A stretch of DNA of 64,000 bases from an uncultured delta proteobacterium (GTDB lineage: Bacteria > Desulfobacterota > Binatia > Binatales > Binataceae), in the NCBI GenBank assembly GCA_963711565.1, contig CAVQEQ010000003.1:992001-1056000 (forward strand), read 5' to 3'. The notes beneath the pieces were generated by a model. It did not search any database. It saw only the letters and a list, made by a program, of their open reading frames with translations, and was not told where the DNA came from. The position numbers and the translations under genes were made by a program. Shown in pieces: positions 35,686 through 45,099 of the stretch (positions are counted from its first letter, which is position 1; every line of letters starts with the position of its first letter).

Positions 35686-37281
35686 ATGAGCGCAATAGTG
35701 AATATCAGACCGAACTACAATCTGGCGTTGCCTTTTCACGAAAACTCTGCTGCAAACCCACAAGCGTTGGCCTTGTTTGTGGGGGAGAAGCGGTTTTCTT
35801 ACGGAGAGCTGGGAAATCTAGCCCGTCGTATCTCGGGTTGGCTTGGCCTGAAAACCGGCGAGGTTTCGGGCAAGGTTGGAATCCTCGCATCTCGCACTAT
35901 AGAAGCGTATGCGGGAGTGCTGGGAACGCTGTGGTCCGGCGCAGCGTACGTCCCCATCAACCCTAACACCCCCGAGGACCGCCTGATTCGCATTCTTCAG
36001 CAGACGAAGCTGGATGCACTGATCGCCGATCAAGCCGGCCTGGACCTGCTTTCGGATCGTGTGCTCGAAATAGCGCCAAGCAGGATTCTCTTCGGAGCCA
36101 GTGCCAAGCCGTCGCAAAGTGCCTTGAGATTCCAGGGGATCGGCTTTGACAGCTTCTCAGATTTAGCTGACGAGGGACCCGATCAGCCAGTCACCGTGGC
36201 AGGAGATGCGCTGGTCTACATTATCTTCACCTCAGGCACCACGGGCACGCCAAAAGGCGTAATGATCGAAGCGGAGAGCGTCGCCCAATTTATCGAGATC
36301 ATGCACCGTCGCTTTAGATTTGGCGCTGACAACCGGGTGGCGGAAGCATCCGAACTCACCTTCGATGCTTCCGTCTTCGATATGTTCATGGCGTGGAGTG
36401 CGGGTGCTGCGTTGTATGTAGTGCCGGCCGCTCAGCTTATGGCGCCGGCGAAGTTCATCCGCGACCACGAGCTGACTATCTGGTTTTCCGTACCCTCGAC
36501 TGCATCTTTTATGGGACGAATGAAAATGCTGAAGCCCGGCGCATTTCCTTCGTTGCGCTGTTCGATCTTTGCAGGCGAGGCGCTGTCAGTGGCTACCGCT
36601 CAGGCGTGGCAGATCGCCGCCCCCAATAGCATCGTGGAAAATTTTTACGGACCGACCGAGGTGACAGTTGACTGCATTGCGCAGCGCCTTGAAGATCCGC
36701 CTTATGTCACGAGGAACCGCGGTACATTGGCGATTGGAACCCCCTTCCCGGGCATTCGGGCCGGCATTGTCGATGCAAATCTCAATTTTTTACCGCCGGA
36801 CAAGGAAGGAGAACTGGTCGTCTCGGGCCGACAAGTGGCGCGCGGATACTTCCAGGATCCCGAACTCACTGCGGCCCGTTTTCCCACACTGGAGGGAACC
36901 CGATGGTATCGCACGGGAGACCTGGCTTTCGAGGATTCCTCCGGGACGTTTCACCACCTCGGCCGAATCGACAATCAGGTCAAGATACTCGGCAACCGGG
37001 TTGAGCTTGAGGAAGTCGAAGCGCATTTGCGCGAAATTCTAGGAATAGACATGGTAACCGCCGTGGCATGGCCTCTCACCGACGGCCGCGCTGCCGGGAT
37101 CGTTGCTTTTCACTGCGCGCAGGGAGTTACTCGTGACGAGATCCGCGAGGAAATGAAAAAACGCGTGCCCGACTATATGGTTCCACAACGGGTACACGAA
37201 CTGGACTCACTACCGTTGGGATCAAGCGGGAAAATTGATCGAAAAGCACTGGTCCGAATGCTGGATGAAGCTAAGCTCTGA
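35686..37281 (+). CDS. Stand-alone amino acid adenylation enzyme (DltA-like)
   Basis: YIIFTSGTTGTPKG, TFDASV, AGE, NFYGPTE, YRTGD, GRIDNQVK, SGKIDRK; no C or PCP domain; TTG 35662 is an alternative start. Confidence 0.92.
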   Translation: MSAIVNIRPNYNLALPFHENSAANPQALALFVGEKRFSYGELGNLARRISGWLGLKTGEVSGKVGILASRTIEAYAGVLGTLWSGAAYVPINPNTPEDRLIRILQQTKLDALIADQAGLDLLSDRVLEIAPSRILFGASAKPSQSALRFQGIGFDSFSDLADEGPDQPVTVAGDALVYIIFTSGTTGTPKGVMIEAESVAQFIEIMHRRFRFGADNRVAEASELTFDASVFDMFMAWSAGAALYVVPAAQLMAPAKFIRDHELTIWFSVPSTASFMGRMKMLKPGAFPSLRCSIFAGEALSVATAQAWQIAAPNSIVENFYGPTEVTVDCIAQRLEDPPYVTRNRGTLAIGTPFPGIRAGIVDANLNFLPPDKEGELVVSGRQVARGYFQDPELTAARFPTLEGTRWYRTGDLAFEDSSGTFHHLGRIDNQVKILGNRVELEEVEAHLREILGIDMVTAVAWPLTDGRAAGIVAFHCAQGVTRDEIREEMKKRVPDYMVPQRVHELDSLPLGSSGKIDRKALVRMLDEAKL

Positions 37282-37322
37282 GCCAGACTGCAGGACCGTC
37301 ACCTGTCACCAGGTCCTGGATG

Positions 37323-38904
37323 TTATGCCCGTCTGAATCTCAGCAATTCCTGGCTGGCAACTGCCCCATCCGCTGCTCTTGGAAGCATATCTACCAGCAC
37401 AATTTCGGCTGGCGCCAATTCTTCCGGCAGGTTTTGGCTGCAATGCGCAACGAGTTGATTGATCAACTCGTTGCGAAGCTTACCTTGTCCAGGCGCATTT
37501 GCTAACCGCGCCAACTTGGAAGCGTTTGTCTCTGGCCAGCCGATCGCCGGTAAAGTTATCCCTTGCAATGATCGTTTAGGTACAAAAAACGCATCATAAC
37601 TTCCGTCAGGCCAGGCCTGCCGCCCAACTGAGGAAGACTGCAAATCCCAAGCCCTCCGTCTCCAAGTCGAGAAGAGCCTGAGGATGAATTCCTTCCGCCA
37701 GATTTTGTTCGAGCCCGTGCCGCAACTCCCCGGCCGTATACCCGGCATCCGCGACTCTTAGAATCGCCAGGGCTGCGAGATCCTTCTCGATGCGTGCATT
37801 TCGGATACACTTGATGCCGATACGCTCGTTTGGATGCTGCCGCAACATCGAACGAACGTCGTCCAATGTCCACTTGCGCTCAGTCCAGTCTAGAAATTCA
37901 TCATCGAACGAAGCTCCGGTTTCGTGACCCACGTGAAGAATCGCTTCATATCGGTATCGGGTCATTTCGTTGTCCGCACGGCCACGCAGAGGTCGGATAT
38001 CCACCCTCGATATCCTGGGAAATTGATGCTGCAAGGAGAGAAAATATGCTGGAGAGATGACCAGTTCCGGTTCTCTCTCAATACGCCGCCGAATCCGCTC
38101 ACGCAGTTCTCCAGCATTCATCCCATCTACGGCTTGAAACAATTCCACTGACGACGCAAAAGCCTCCAACAGCTGCAGGCTTCGGACATCGCCAACATAA
38201 ACATACCCGCCGGGCCTTACGATGTTGACCGCTTTTTCGAGAACCTTCGTCAAATAGGCAATATTGGGGAAAAACTGCACGACGGAGCTGAGCACCAACG
38301 TATCGAACAGATCTTCATCGAGGCCATCTAAGTGGTCCGCCCTCCTCTCTATCACTTCGACTCGCGCTGCCACCGCTGGAACTGTCTGCAATTGTTCTCT
38401 GAGCCTATCCAGCACTGCCGGCGAAAAATCCACTGCAACATACCGGTCGCAGCGTGGCGCTATCTGCATGACTAACATGCCGGTTCCACAACCTATTTCG
38501 CATACAGTCTTTGGCCTAAGCTGAAGAATATCGCTTACTGTATTTTCAACCCACTCCCGCATCTCACTCGCGGGAATTGTTCCTCGTGTGTAGCTACTAT
38601 TCCAGCCTGTTGTATTGAATCCGACAGATGCAGAGGCCGCATCCTTAGTAAGTTGGCTCAAATCGAATACCTTTCGCCATTTGCCGAGAACGGTGGACCC
38701 GGTATTCGCACGGCCCAAGACATCATCGACGAACGCATCGTCCGGCACGACAAACGCTACAAGGTCGTCATGGTCATAAACTACAGCGGCCTCTCGCACA
38801 CCCAGGTGCGTGTGCAGTACGTTTTCGATCATAGCTTGCTGGTTGGCACGTTGTGCCTCTTTGTTTGTCCCGCCATCCCCGGCCTTGTCAGTCAGCGTGA
38901 CCAT
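37323..38904 (-). CDS. Stand-alone NRPS-type SAM methyltransferase embedded in a degenerate A-subdomain; 1-bp frameshift near 37610
   Basis: IENVLHTHLGVREAAVV...LVAFVV, GWNSSYT, EIGCGTG, SSVVQFFP, GDVRS, RYRYEAILH, ANAP...LPRAADGAV. Confidence 0.8.
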
Positions 38905-38923
38905 CCGATCATCCTTGTCAGCC

Positions 38924-39175
38924 TCAATCGCCGCTGCGGGCAGTCCGTGTAAGAGCGTAAATCGCATCGATGCTGTCGATTTGGTCTCTATCAAAACCGA
39001 TCTGCGTAAAATCGATTCCGAAATTCTCTTCCAGGAACACAACGATTTCCACCGCGTCTATCGACTGCAAACGTCCGCTATTCAATAGGGAATCGTCATC
39101 CGCCAGCGGCCCATCATCACCGCTGCCAGTCAACAGACCCAGCACAAACTCGCGTATTTCTGCCTTTCCTTTCAT
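38924..39175 (-). CDS. Acyl/aminoacyl carrier protein (DltC-like)
   Basis: 83 aa, acidic, SLLNSGRLQSIDAVEIVVFLEENFGI with phosphopantetheine Ser. Confidence 0.88.
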   Translation of the reverse strand: MKGKAEIREFVLGLLTGSGDDGPLADDDSLLNSGRLQSIDAVEIVVFLEENFGIDFTQIGFDRDQIDSIDAIYALTRTARSGD

Positions 39176-39182
39176 AGGACCC

Positions 39183-40572
39183 CTAAAAATGAATGAAGAA
39201 CAAACCCGCCAGGTACTTCAAGTGTTCCACAAGTGGATACATTCGCTCATCGGCTTCAAATACATTCAACATACAGTAAAAAAAGCCAACGCCAAACACG
39301 GGCAGGATACGCCTGCGAAAAAAGCCGGTGGGCTTGGGTCCGCGGTTTCGCAGTTGAGAAATGCATAGTCCAGTCGCAAGAATGGCGTTGTAAAAGAACA
39401 ATACCTGGTAATTCGCGATTGCTCTCCACAGTCCATAATCGCGAACAATCTGCCAATCCCGCATGAGGTGGTACAGCGAGTTGCCGAAGAATGCGGCGGC
39501 GAAGGTCGCAAAGATCATGCGTAGTCGTTTATGCCCTTTCCAGTAGCGGAAAAACGTCGGATAAAAGAAGAAATCGACCAGCAATTCTTTGAAATAGTAG
39601 TAAAACCGGTTGAAGAATTCAGTGATGGTTGTGGAAGACAGCGGCCGATAAGTATTCCGCAGAGCGTTGAATCCAGCCATGCGGCAAGCGGCGATGAATC
39701 TGTGCCCAAAAATGGTGAAGGTGAGAATGATCTCGAAAAACGCGAGTATCTGACTTTCCCAGCACAGATGCCAGGCAAATGGCGTTCCTTGCACACTCAT
39801 GGTCAATGCTTGATCAGAACGTCGGAATCTGCAAGTACCCGTGAAAGAAACCCATCCAGGAGACCTGAAACGCCGCCAGCATGATCGCCCACGCAAGCAG
39901 CTTCAGACCTTTCAATTGCACAACTGCTAGTTGTTCTGAATTCTGTGCTTCTATGCGTCGAAGATATGCGGCGCCCTTGGGAAACGGTGTGTTCGTGGAT
40001 CCCCAGATAGGGCGATAGGTTGCCAACTCCAGCGTCAGATCGCGAGCGGGCTTCGAACTTCGGTCGATCACTGAATACCCGATGAACCAGAAATAACTTG
40101 CAATCAGGCCGACCAGGTCCCATAGAATCGAGTATGGCAATGAACGCGGCGTGGCGGCGCATGCAAAGAGCATCAGCACGGTGAACCCGATAAGAAGAAC
40201 TGCGACCGGCCTTTGCCCAAACCACGACTTGGGCCGCCGCGTGGCGCACCAGTACAGGAAAATCCCCAATGCTATGACCATTAGATTCAAGCCCAAGAGG
40301 AGTGGCTCCCGGTAGGTTGGCAGCACGGCTAAAATGGGGACAATCGCCAAAATGAATCGGCGGCGCTCGGGCATAAAAGTCATGAGCGCGAGTAGTAATG
40401 TAAAAGACATCGCAGAGAGCAGATTGGGAGAAAAATACCGAAAGCCCAAACCGAACGCAGCCAGGATCGTAATTCTGCCTAACGTGGTCTGCGCAAAGGA
40501 AACTACCCTGGGGAAGGTCTCTATACGTGGAATAAGGCGGAAATCAGAAATGACGGTTCGTTCCACTCCCAA
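39183..40572 (-). CDS. Divergent MBOAT-family membrane acyltransferase (DltB/AlgI-like); 1-bp frameshift near 39817
   Basis: Multi-TM; GFNALRNTYRPLSSTTITEFFNRFYYYFKELL..FFFYP follows the MBOAT NF..P...EFW.RWH pattern; candidate catalytic His in GNSLYH. Confidence 0.72.
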
Positions 40573-40704
40573 AAAATCGAGCGTTTAGTTGTCTCGTTCC
40601 CCGACCAAGGATCAACCTGCGCGTACTAGTGTAATTCTGCCTTCAATGCAGTAGCAAAATTCGCTCATGCAAACCACATCCGCCCGTAGTCGCGTCCCTG
40701 CAAT

Positions 40705-40799
40705 TCGAGCATCGGCTGTCAACCAAGATCGTGGTTCGATCGAACGACGGCATCGAGCTCGGCGCGTTCGAAATCGCCCGCGCGCCGGCCGCTGCCTAG
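40705..40799 (+). repeat. Orphan duplicate of rng 3' end (copy 2), right boundary of island
   Basis: Encodes EHRLSTKIVVRSNDGIELGAFEIARAPAAA* versus EHRLSTKIVLRSNDGLELGAFELARAPAAA*. Confidence 0.92.
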
Positions 40800-40847
40800 C
40801 CGATAGAGCACGCTGCGCAATCGCTGCTCACGCGCGAGAGGCCAGAA

Positions 40848-41642
40848 TCATGACGGCTTGGGTGACCAGGGCACCGGCTTCTTGTCGAAGAAGGACTCGA
40901 GGCCTGAGCGGGTTTCGTCGGTGATGTGCGGCGCGGCGGTGTACTCGGTCATGCTCATCGCTATTGCCTGACCGGAGAATTTGCACATAAGCGACTTGGT
41001 GGTGGCTTCCGCTTTCGGCGCGTTCATCGCGATCGCGTCCGCCCATGCAAGCGCGGTGTCCATCAGCTGGCTGGGAGGCACGACCGTGTTGACCAGTCCA
41101 AGAGCCATCGCGCGATCCGCGGTCACGAGTTCGCCGGTCAGCAGCAGATACCGCGCGACGCGCTCGCCCACCAATCGCATCAGGTGCAGGATTACCATGC
41201 CCGCCTGAATGCCCTGCTTCATTTCGGTGTAGCCGATCCGCGCGCTGTCGGCGGCGACGGCCAGGTCGCACGCGCTCAGAAAGCCGGCGCCGTTGCCGAC
41301 CGCGACTCCGTTGACGGCGGCGATCGAAGGTTTGCCGAGGCGATAGACCCGTTCGATCAACGCCTCGCCGCGGAGCGCGCCATCCCAGACCGATCCTGCT
41401 TCGTCGATGCGCAACTGGTCGAGCATCGAGCGCAGTTCGCCGAGGTCCATGCCGGCGGAGAATGCGGACCCTGCGCCCGTGAAGACAAGGGCACGAACGC
41501 CGCGATCGGCCTCGGCGCGCGCAATCGCGGCCATCAGGGCGTCGATCATCGCGGCGCTGAGCGCGTTGCGATGGTCGGGGTTATTGAGCGTGATTATCGC
41601 GGCCGGGTAGCGAGCTTCGTAGAGAACGATTTGATCAGCCAT
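40848..41642 (-). CDS. Enoyl-CoA hydratase/isomerase (methylglutaconyl-CoA hydratase-like)
   Basis: TLNNPDHRNAL, AFSAGMDL, KPSIAAVNGVAVG. Confidence 0.92.
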   Translation of the reverse strand: MADQIVLYEARYPAAIITLNNPDHRNALSAAMIDALMAAIARAEADRGVRALVFTGAGSAFSAGMDLGELRSMLDQLRIDEAGSVWDGALRGEALIERVYRLGKPSIAAVNGVAVGNGAGFLSACDLAVAADSARIGYTEMKQGIQAGMVILHLMRLVGERVARYLLLTGELVTADRAMALGLVNTVVPPSQLMDTALAWADAIAMNAPKAEATTKSLMCKFSGQAIAMSMTEYTAAPHITDETRSGLESFFDKKPVPWSPKPS

Positions 41643-41709
41643 GCTTCTCCCTTACGACTTCTGCTAGTACTATCCGATTGCTAACCAACTGCTAACGCGG
41701 AGCTTCGGA

Positions 41710-42216
41710 TTGTCGCCTTCGTTGAAAAAAACACTGCTGAGAACCGGCCTCGTCTGCGCGACAGCCCTGCTCTCCATAGTAATCTTCGTTTCGGTCGTCG
41801 CGTACAATGGGCGCAGACTCGACAAGGAAAGCAAACGCTACGCGGACGCGGCAATTATCGCCATCACATCTCACTGGAATGAAAAGGAGCTGATCGTTCG
41901 TGCAAGTCCTCAATTGCTGGCTACGATGAAAGATCCGGTTGCGGTGCAATCCACGATGGGAGTGCTTAGCTTGCTCGGGCCACTGAAGAAATACGAAGGA
42001 TCGAAGGGCGAAGCTCGCATCGATTTTCATAGGCCCCTGGGATATACCCTCACCGCCCTATATGTGGCGCAGGCAGAATTTAGCGGGGGCCCAGCGCAGA
42101 TCACGATCTTACTCATAAAAGTCAACGGGGAGTGGAAAATTCTCAGCTTCAACGTCACTCAACATTTCTTCCCCGGTTTGTGGCAAACGAACCCCCAAAA
42201 ACAACCCAACATCTGA
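41710..42216 (+). CDS. Membrane-anchored hypothetical protein
   Basis: N-terminal TM helix; AEFSGGPAQITILLIKVNGEWKILSF. Confidence 0.65.
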   Translation: MSPSLKKTLLRTGLVCATALLSIVIFVSVVAYNGRRLDKESKRYADAAIIAITSHWNEKELIVRASPQLLATMKDPVAVQSTMGVLSLLGPLKKYEGSKGEARIDFHRPLGYTLTALYVAQAEFSGGPAQITILLIKVNGEWKILSFNVTQHFFPGLWQTNPQKQPNI

Positions 42217-42220
42217 CGGG

Positions 42221-43141
42221 CTAGCCGGGGTCGGCGACTGAGGTGGCGGCGGCGATCTGGGCGGCGTCGCGAATCTGGCCGAAATGGATTTTGCCCAGGT
42301 CGAATTCCTCGAGCGCCTTGATCATGCTGGTCAGCGCCGCCTTGCAAGTCGGAAGATTTTTTCGCGCTCGCGTGAGCGGATTGCATCGCGCGACGATGAA
42401 ATTTTTCAGATAGGGATGCATCAGGCCGCGCTTCTTGCCTGCTGCGACCAGCTCGACCGCGAGGTCGTCGGCGCGCTCGACCTGCGCCGCGCGCTCCTCG
42501 CGATCTTCGATCGCGTCCTTGAGCGGCTTGGCGAGGAATGTGTCAACGCGGCTCAGCAGTGGCGCGTACACGCCGCCGGAAAACCTCGATTTCTTTTCAT
42601 AGAGCAGGCCGAGCGTGATGTAATGCGCGCGCTCGAACTCGAAGGCGAAATCCTTCTCGGCGGATTTGGGACGATCGGCGAGGCGCGCGCGATACATCCG
42701 GATGACCTCGAGCGCCTTGTCGCGCAGGTTGTGCGCCTTCTCGGTGTTGAGCGCGAGAATCTGAAAGGCGACCTCGGGATCGGGTATCACGATCGCGGGA
42801 ATCATTTTGGCGCCGGACTTCAGCGCCGCGGCGCGACGATGGTTGCCGTTGGGAGTCCAGTAAATGCCGGCGGTGTAAACGGCGACGATCGGCTCAGTGA
42901 AACGATCGAGCTTCTTCATCACTTCGATCATGCGCTTGAGGTGGGCCGGCGAGAGGTCGCGCTGATACGGCGTCGCCTCGACCTTCGCAATCGGAAGCAT
43001 CGCGAACAGATGCCAGTGGTCGCCGACCGGCTCCTGATAGGCGGCAAGTGCAGCGCCGCCGTCGGCCTCGATAGCCGCCGCGAGGTCAGTTACCGCGGCC
43101 GGAAGTTTTGCGTCGCGCGGAGAAGTCGCTAATTCCACCAT
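42221..43141 (-). CDS. Orphan ParB/Srx-domain protein
   Basis: TPYQRDLS, TPNGNHRRAA, ALNTEKAHNLRDK; start taken at MVELATSP. Confidence 0.8.
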   Translation of the reverse strand: MVELATSPRDAKLPAAVTDLAAAIEADGGAALAAYQEPVGDHWHLFAMLPIAKVEATPYQRDLSPAHLKRMIEVMKKLDRFTEPIVAVYTAGIYWTPNGNHRRAAALKSGAKMIPAIVIPDPEVAFQILALNTEKAHNLRDKALEVIRMYRARLADRPKSAEKDFAFEFERAHYITLGLLYEKKSRFSGGVYAPLLSRVDTFLAKPLKDAIEDREERAAQVERADDLAVELVAAGKKRGLMHPYLKNFIVARCNPLTRARKNLPTCKAALTSMIKALEEFDLGKIHFGQIRDAAQIAAATSVADPG

Positions 43142-43207
43142 GCTCAAGTTTGTAGTTGATGGACCGCCTTGTGGACAACCGGAGATTCCGGGTAATACGG
43201 TTCCGCA

Positions 43208-44335
43208 GTGCTCAAGCGACTGACTCTTTTCATTCTGGTTGCGTTCTCCTTGACGGGCTGCCATTGCGGTGGGGGCGCACGATCCTTCAGCTACAGTTTG
43301 CGCCAGCCGCAGAATGATCGTGAGTTCTCGACCCTGCATACGATGCCCGATGGCGCCTTGCTCGTGCTAACCAAGCGGCTCGAACAGCCCAAGCAAATCT
43401 GGACTATCCGGCGCATCGCGGCCTGGGACACCTCGCAACCGCGTGAGGACGATCTGGATGTCAACGTGGGGCCGAATGATGAACCACTCGACTGGGCAGA
43501 CCAGTATGATCGGTGGGATAGGAACGTTCAGCTCTTAATGGACCCCGGAGGGAATTATCTGGTGGTCCGTTTGAGCCAGAACGCAGATACATGGAACTTT
43601 ATGTACAACCAGATCACCCCCGGCGTATATATAATGCCGATCTCTGTCCTGAACATTATCGATCTCCACGGGTTCAAGCTTCTAAGACGCGTCGTCGTCA
43701 CCGATCCTATGTTGGCATCAGGCGATATGGGTTTCAGTCCTACGGGAGCCTTAATCGTGAGCGGCGTTCAGGGCTATAAGAGCGCAACGATCGACGGCAA
43801 GGTGACCAATACCGGCTACTATGCGGTGGAAACCTTAGCCCTCCCCGACCTGAAGCCTGAAACGGTGTGCAGCTATACCCTTATCAACAAACTCTTTCTC
43901 GCCCAGACCGATACGACGCCGGAAGAAAAGGCATGCCGCCCCAAACTCGCTCCACTTGGTTTCGCCTCGTTAGACGATGTACGTAAAAGCCTCAACTTCC
44001 TTGGAATGCGGGAATACAGCGCGGACTACTCGATGAAGGTTCCACCTCAGTCGCCGTGGGGTTGCCAATTCGAGGATCTGTCCGGGGACCTGAAATATAC
44101 GCTGCTTGATTGCGACGAGAGCCGCATCGCGGTCACACTTCTCCCCTGGTATTATCGTGGGTTCAGGGTTTTCAAACTCGCGGATGGAACGCAAATCATG
44201 GATTTGAAGGTGCCGCACGGCCACTTGTGGTACGACCGCCCGCAGTTTTCCGGCGTGGTGGCCACGAGCCGCGGAGTCACCTACCTGGTTCTATTGCGCG
44301 ACGGCGCAGAACTCGAAGGCTACCGCGCACCTTAG
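43208..44335 (+). CDS. Hypothetical lipoprotein
   Basis: Lipobox LTGC after hydrophobic leader. Confidence 0.7.
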   Translation: MLKRLTLFILVAFSLTGCHCGGGARSFSYSLRQPQNDREFSTLHTMPDGALLVLTKRLEQPKQIWTIRRIAAWDTSQPREDDLDVNVGPNDEPLDWADQYDRWDRNVQLLMDPGGNYLVVRLSQNADTWNFMYNQITPGVYIMPISVLNIIDLHGFKLLRRVVVTDPMLASGDMGFSPTGALIVSGVQGYKSATIDGKVTNTGYYAVETLALPDLKPETVCSYTLINKLFLAQTDTTPEEKACRPKLAPLGFASLDDVRKSLNFLGMREYSADYSMKVPPQSPWGCQFEDLSGDLKYTLLDCDESRIAVTLLPWYYRGFRVFKLADGTQIMDLKVPHGHLWYDRPQFSGVVATSRGVTYLVLLRDGAELEGYRAP

Positions 44336-44388
44336 AAGCAGCGATTCAGGCGCGCGCTATCTAACGCCCACCGGTTTTCACCATCGAT

Positions 44389-45099
44389 TTAGTGCGGCGG
44401 CGCGGCTGCGCTGACTGCGACGATATGAAAATGGACCGTGGCCTCGTCGCCGGCCAGTAGCGTGTGGAACAGAACGGCGGGAACCTCGACGCCGAAATCC
44501 TCGTAGTCGAACTTCATCTCGCCGTCGCCGGTGAAGGTGCCGGCGGCGTCGAGTTTCGCATGCACCGACAGCGTCATGGCGTGGGCTTCGCCGTGCAGCG
44601 TGAGGAATCCGTTGACGATCGCGGTGCCTTCGTTAGGACCGCCCATCACGACGCCGACAATGCTATTGCTCTCGAATCCGATGGTTGGATATTTGTCCGC
44701 TTCGAGCGATTTCTCGGTGACCTTGCGATCTCGCGAGGTACTGTCGCTGCGGTAGCTGCTCGCGTCGATCAGGATTCGTACCTTGCCGGTCGCCGGGACG
44801 TTGGCGGGATCGACGCTGACCGCGCCGTCGATTATGCGGAACGTCCCGACTGCGCTGCCGCGGATCCATGCGGCCGGTTCCGCGACCGCCACGCTGACCG
44901 TACTGCGATCAACGTCGACTTTGAAGTGCATCACCGCCGCGCTCGCCGCGCCCGGCTCGAAAGCGATCAGCGCGAACGCGCTCGCAATCGCGATCAGCAC
45001 CCACGTGAGGACGTCGCGAAATTCAGTTGCGGATTTTTTCAATTGCCAAATTCCTCTCGTCGTGCGATCAGCCGAAGCGGCGGCGCGCGATTGCGACAC
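44389..45099 (-). CDS. YceI-family protein
   Basis: VDVDRSTVS, IDASS, RDRKV...LEADKYPTIGF, GFLTLHG, DFGVEVP; start uncertain. Confidence 0.85.
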   Translation of the reverse strand: MSQSRAAASADRTTRGIWQLKKSATEFRDVLTWVLIAIASAFALIAFEPGAASAAVMHFKVDVDRSTVSVAVAEPAAWIRGSAVGTFRIIDGAVSVDPANVPATGKVRILIDASSYRSDSTSRDRKVTEKSLEADKYPTIGFESNSIVGVVMGGPNEGTAIVNGFLTLHGEAHAMTLSVHAKLDAAGTFTGDGEMKFDYEDFGVEVPAVLFHTLLAGDEATVHFHIVAVSAAAPPH

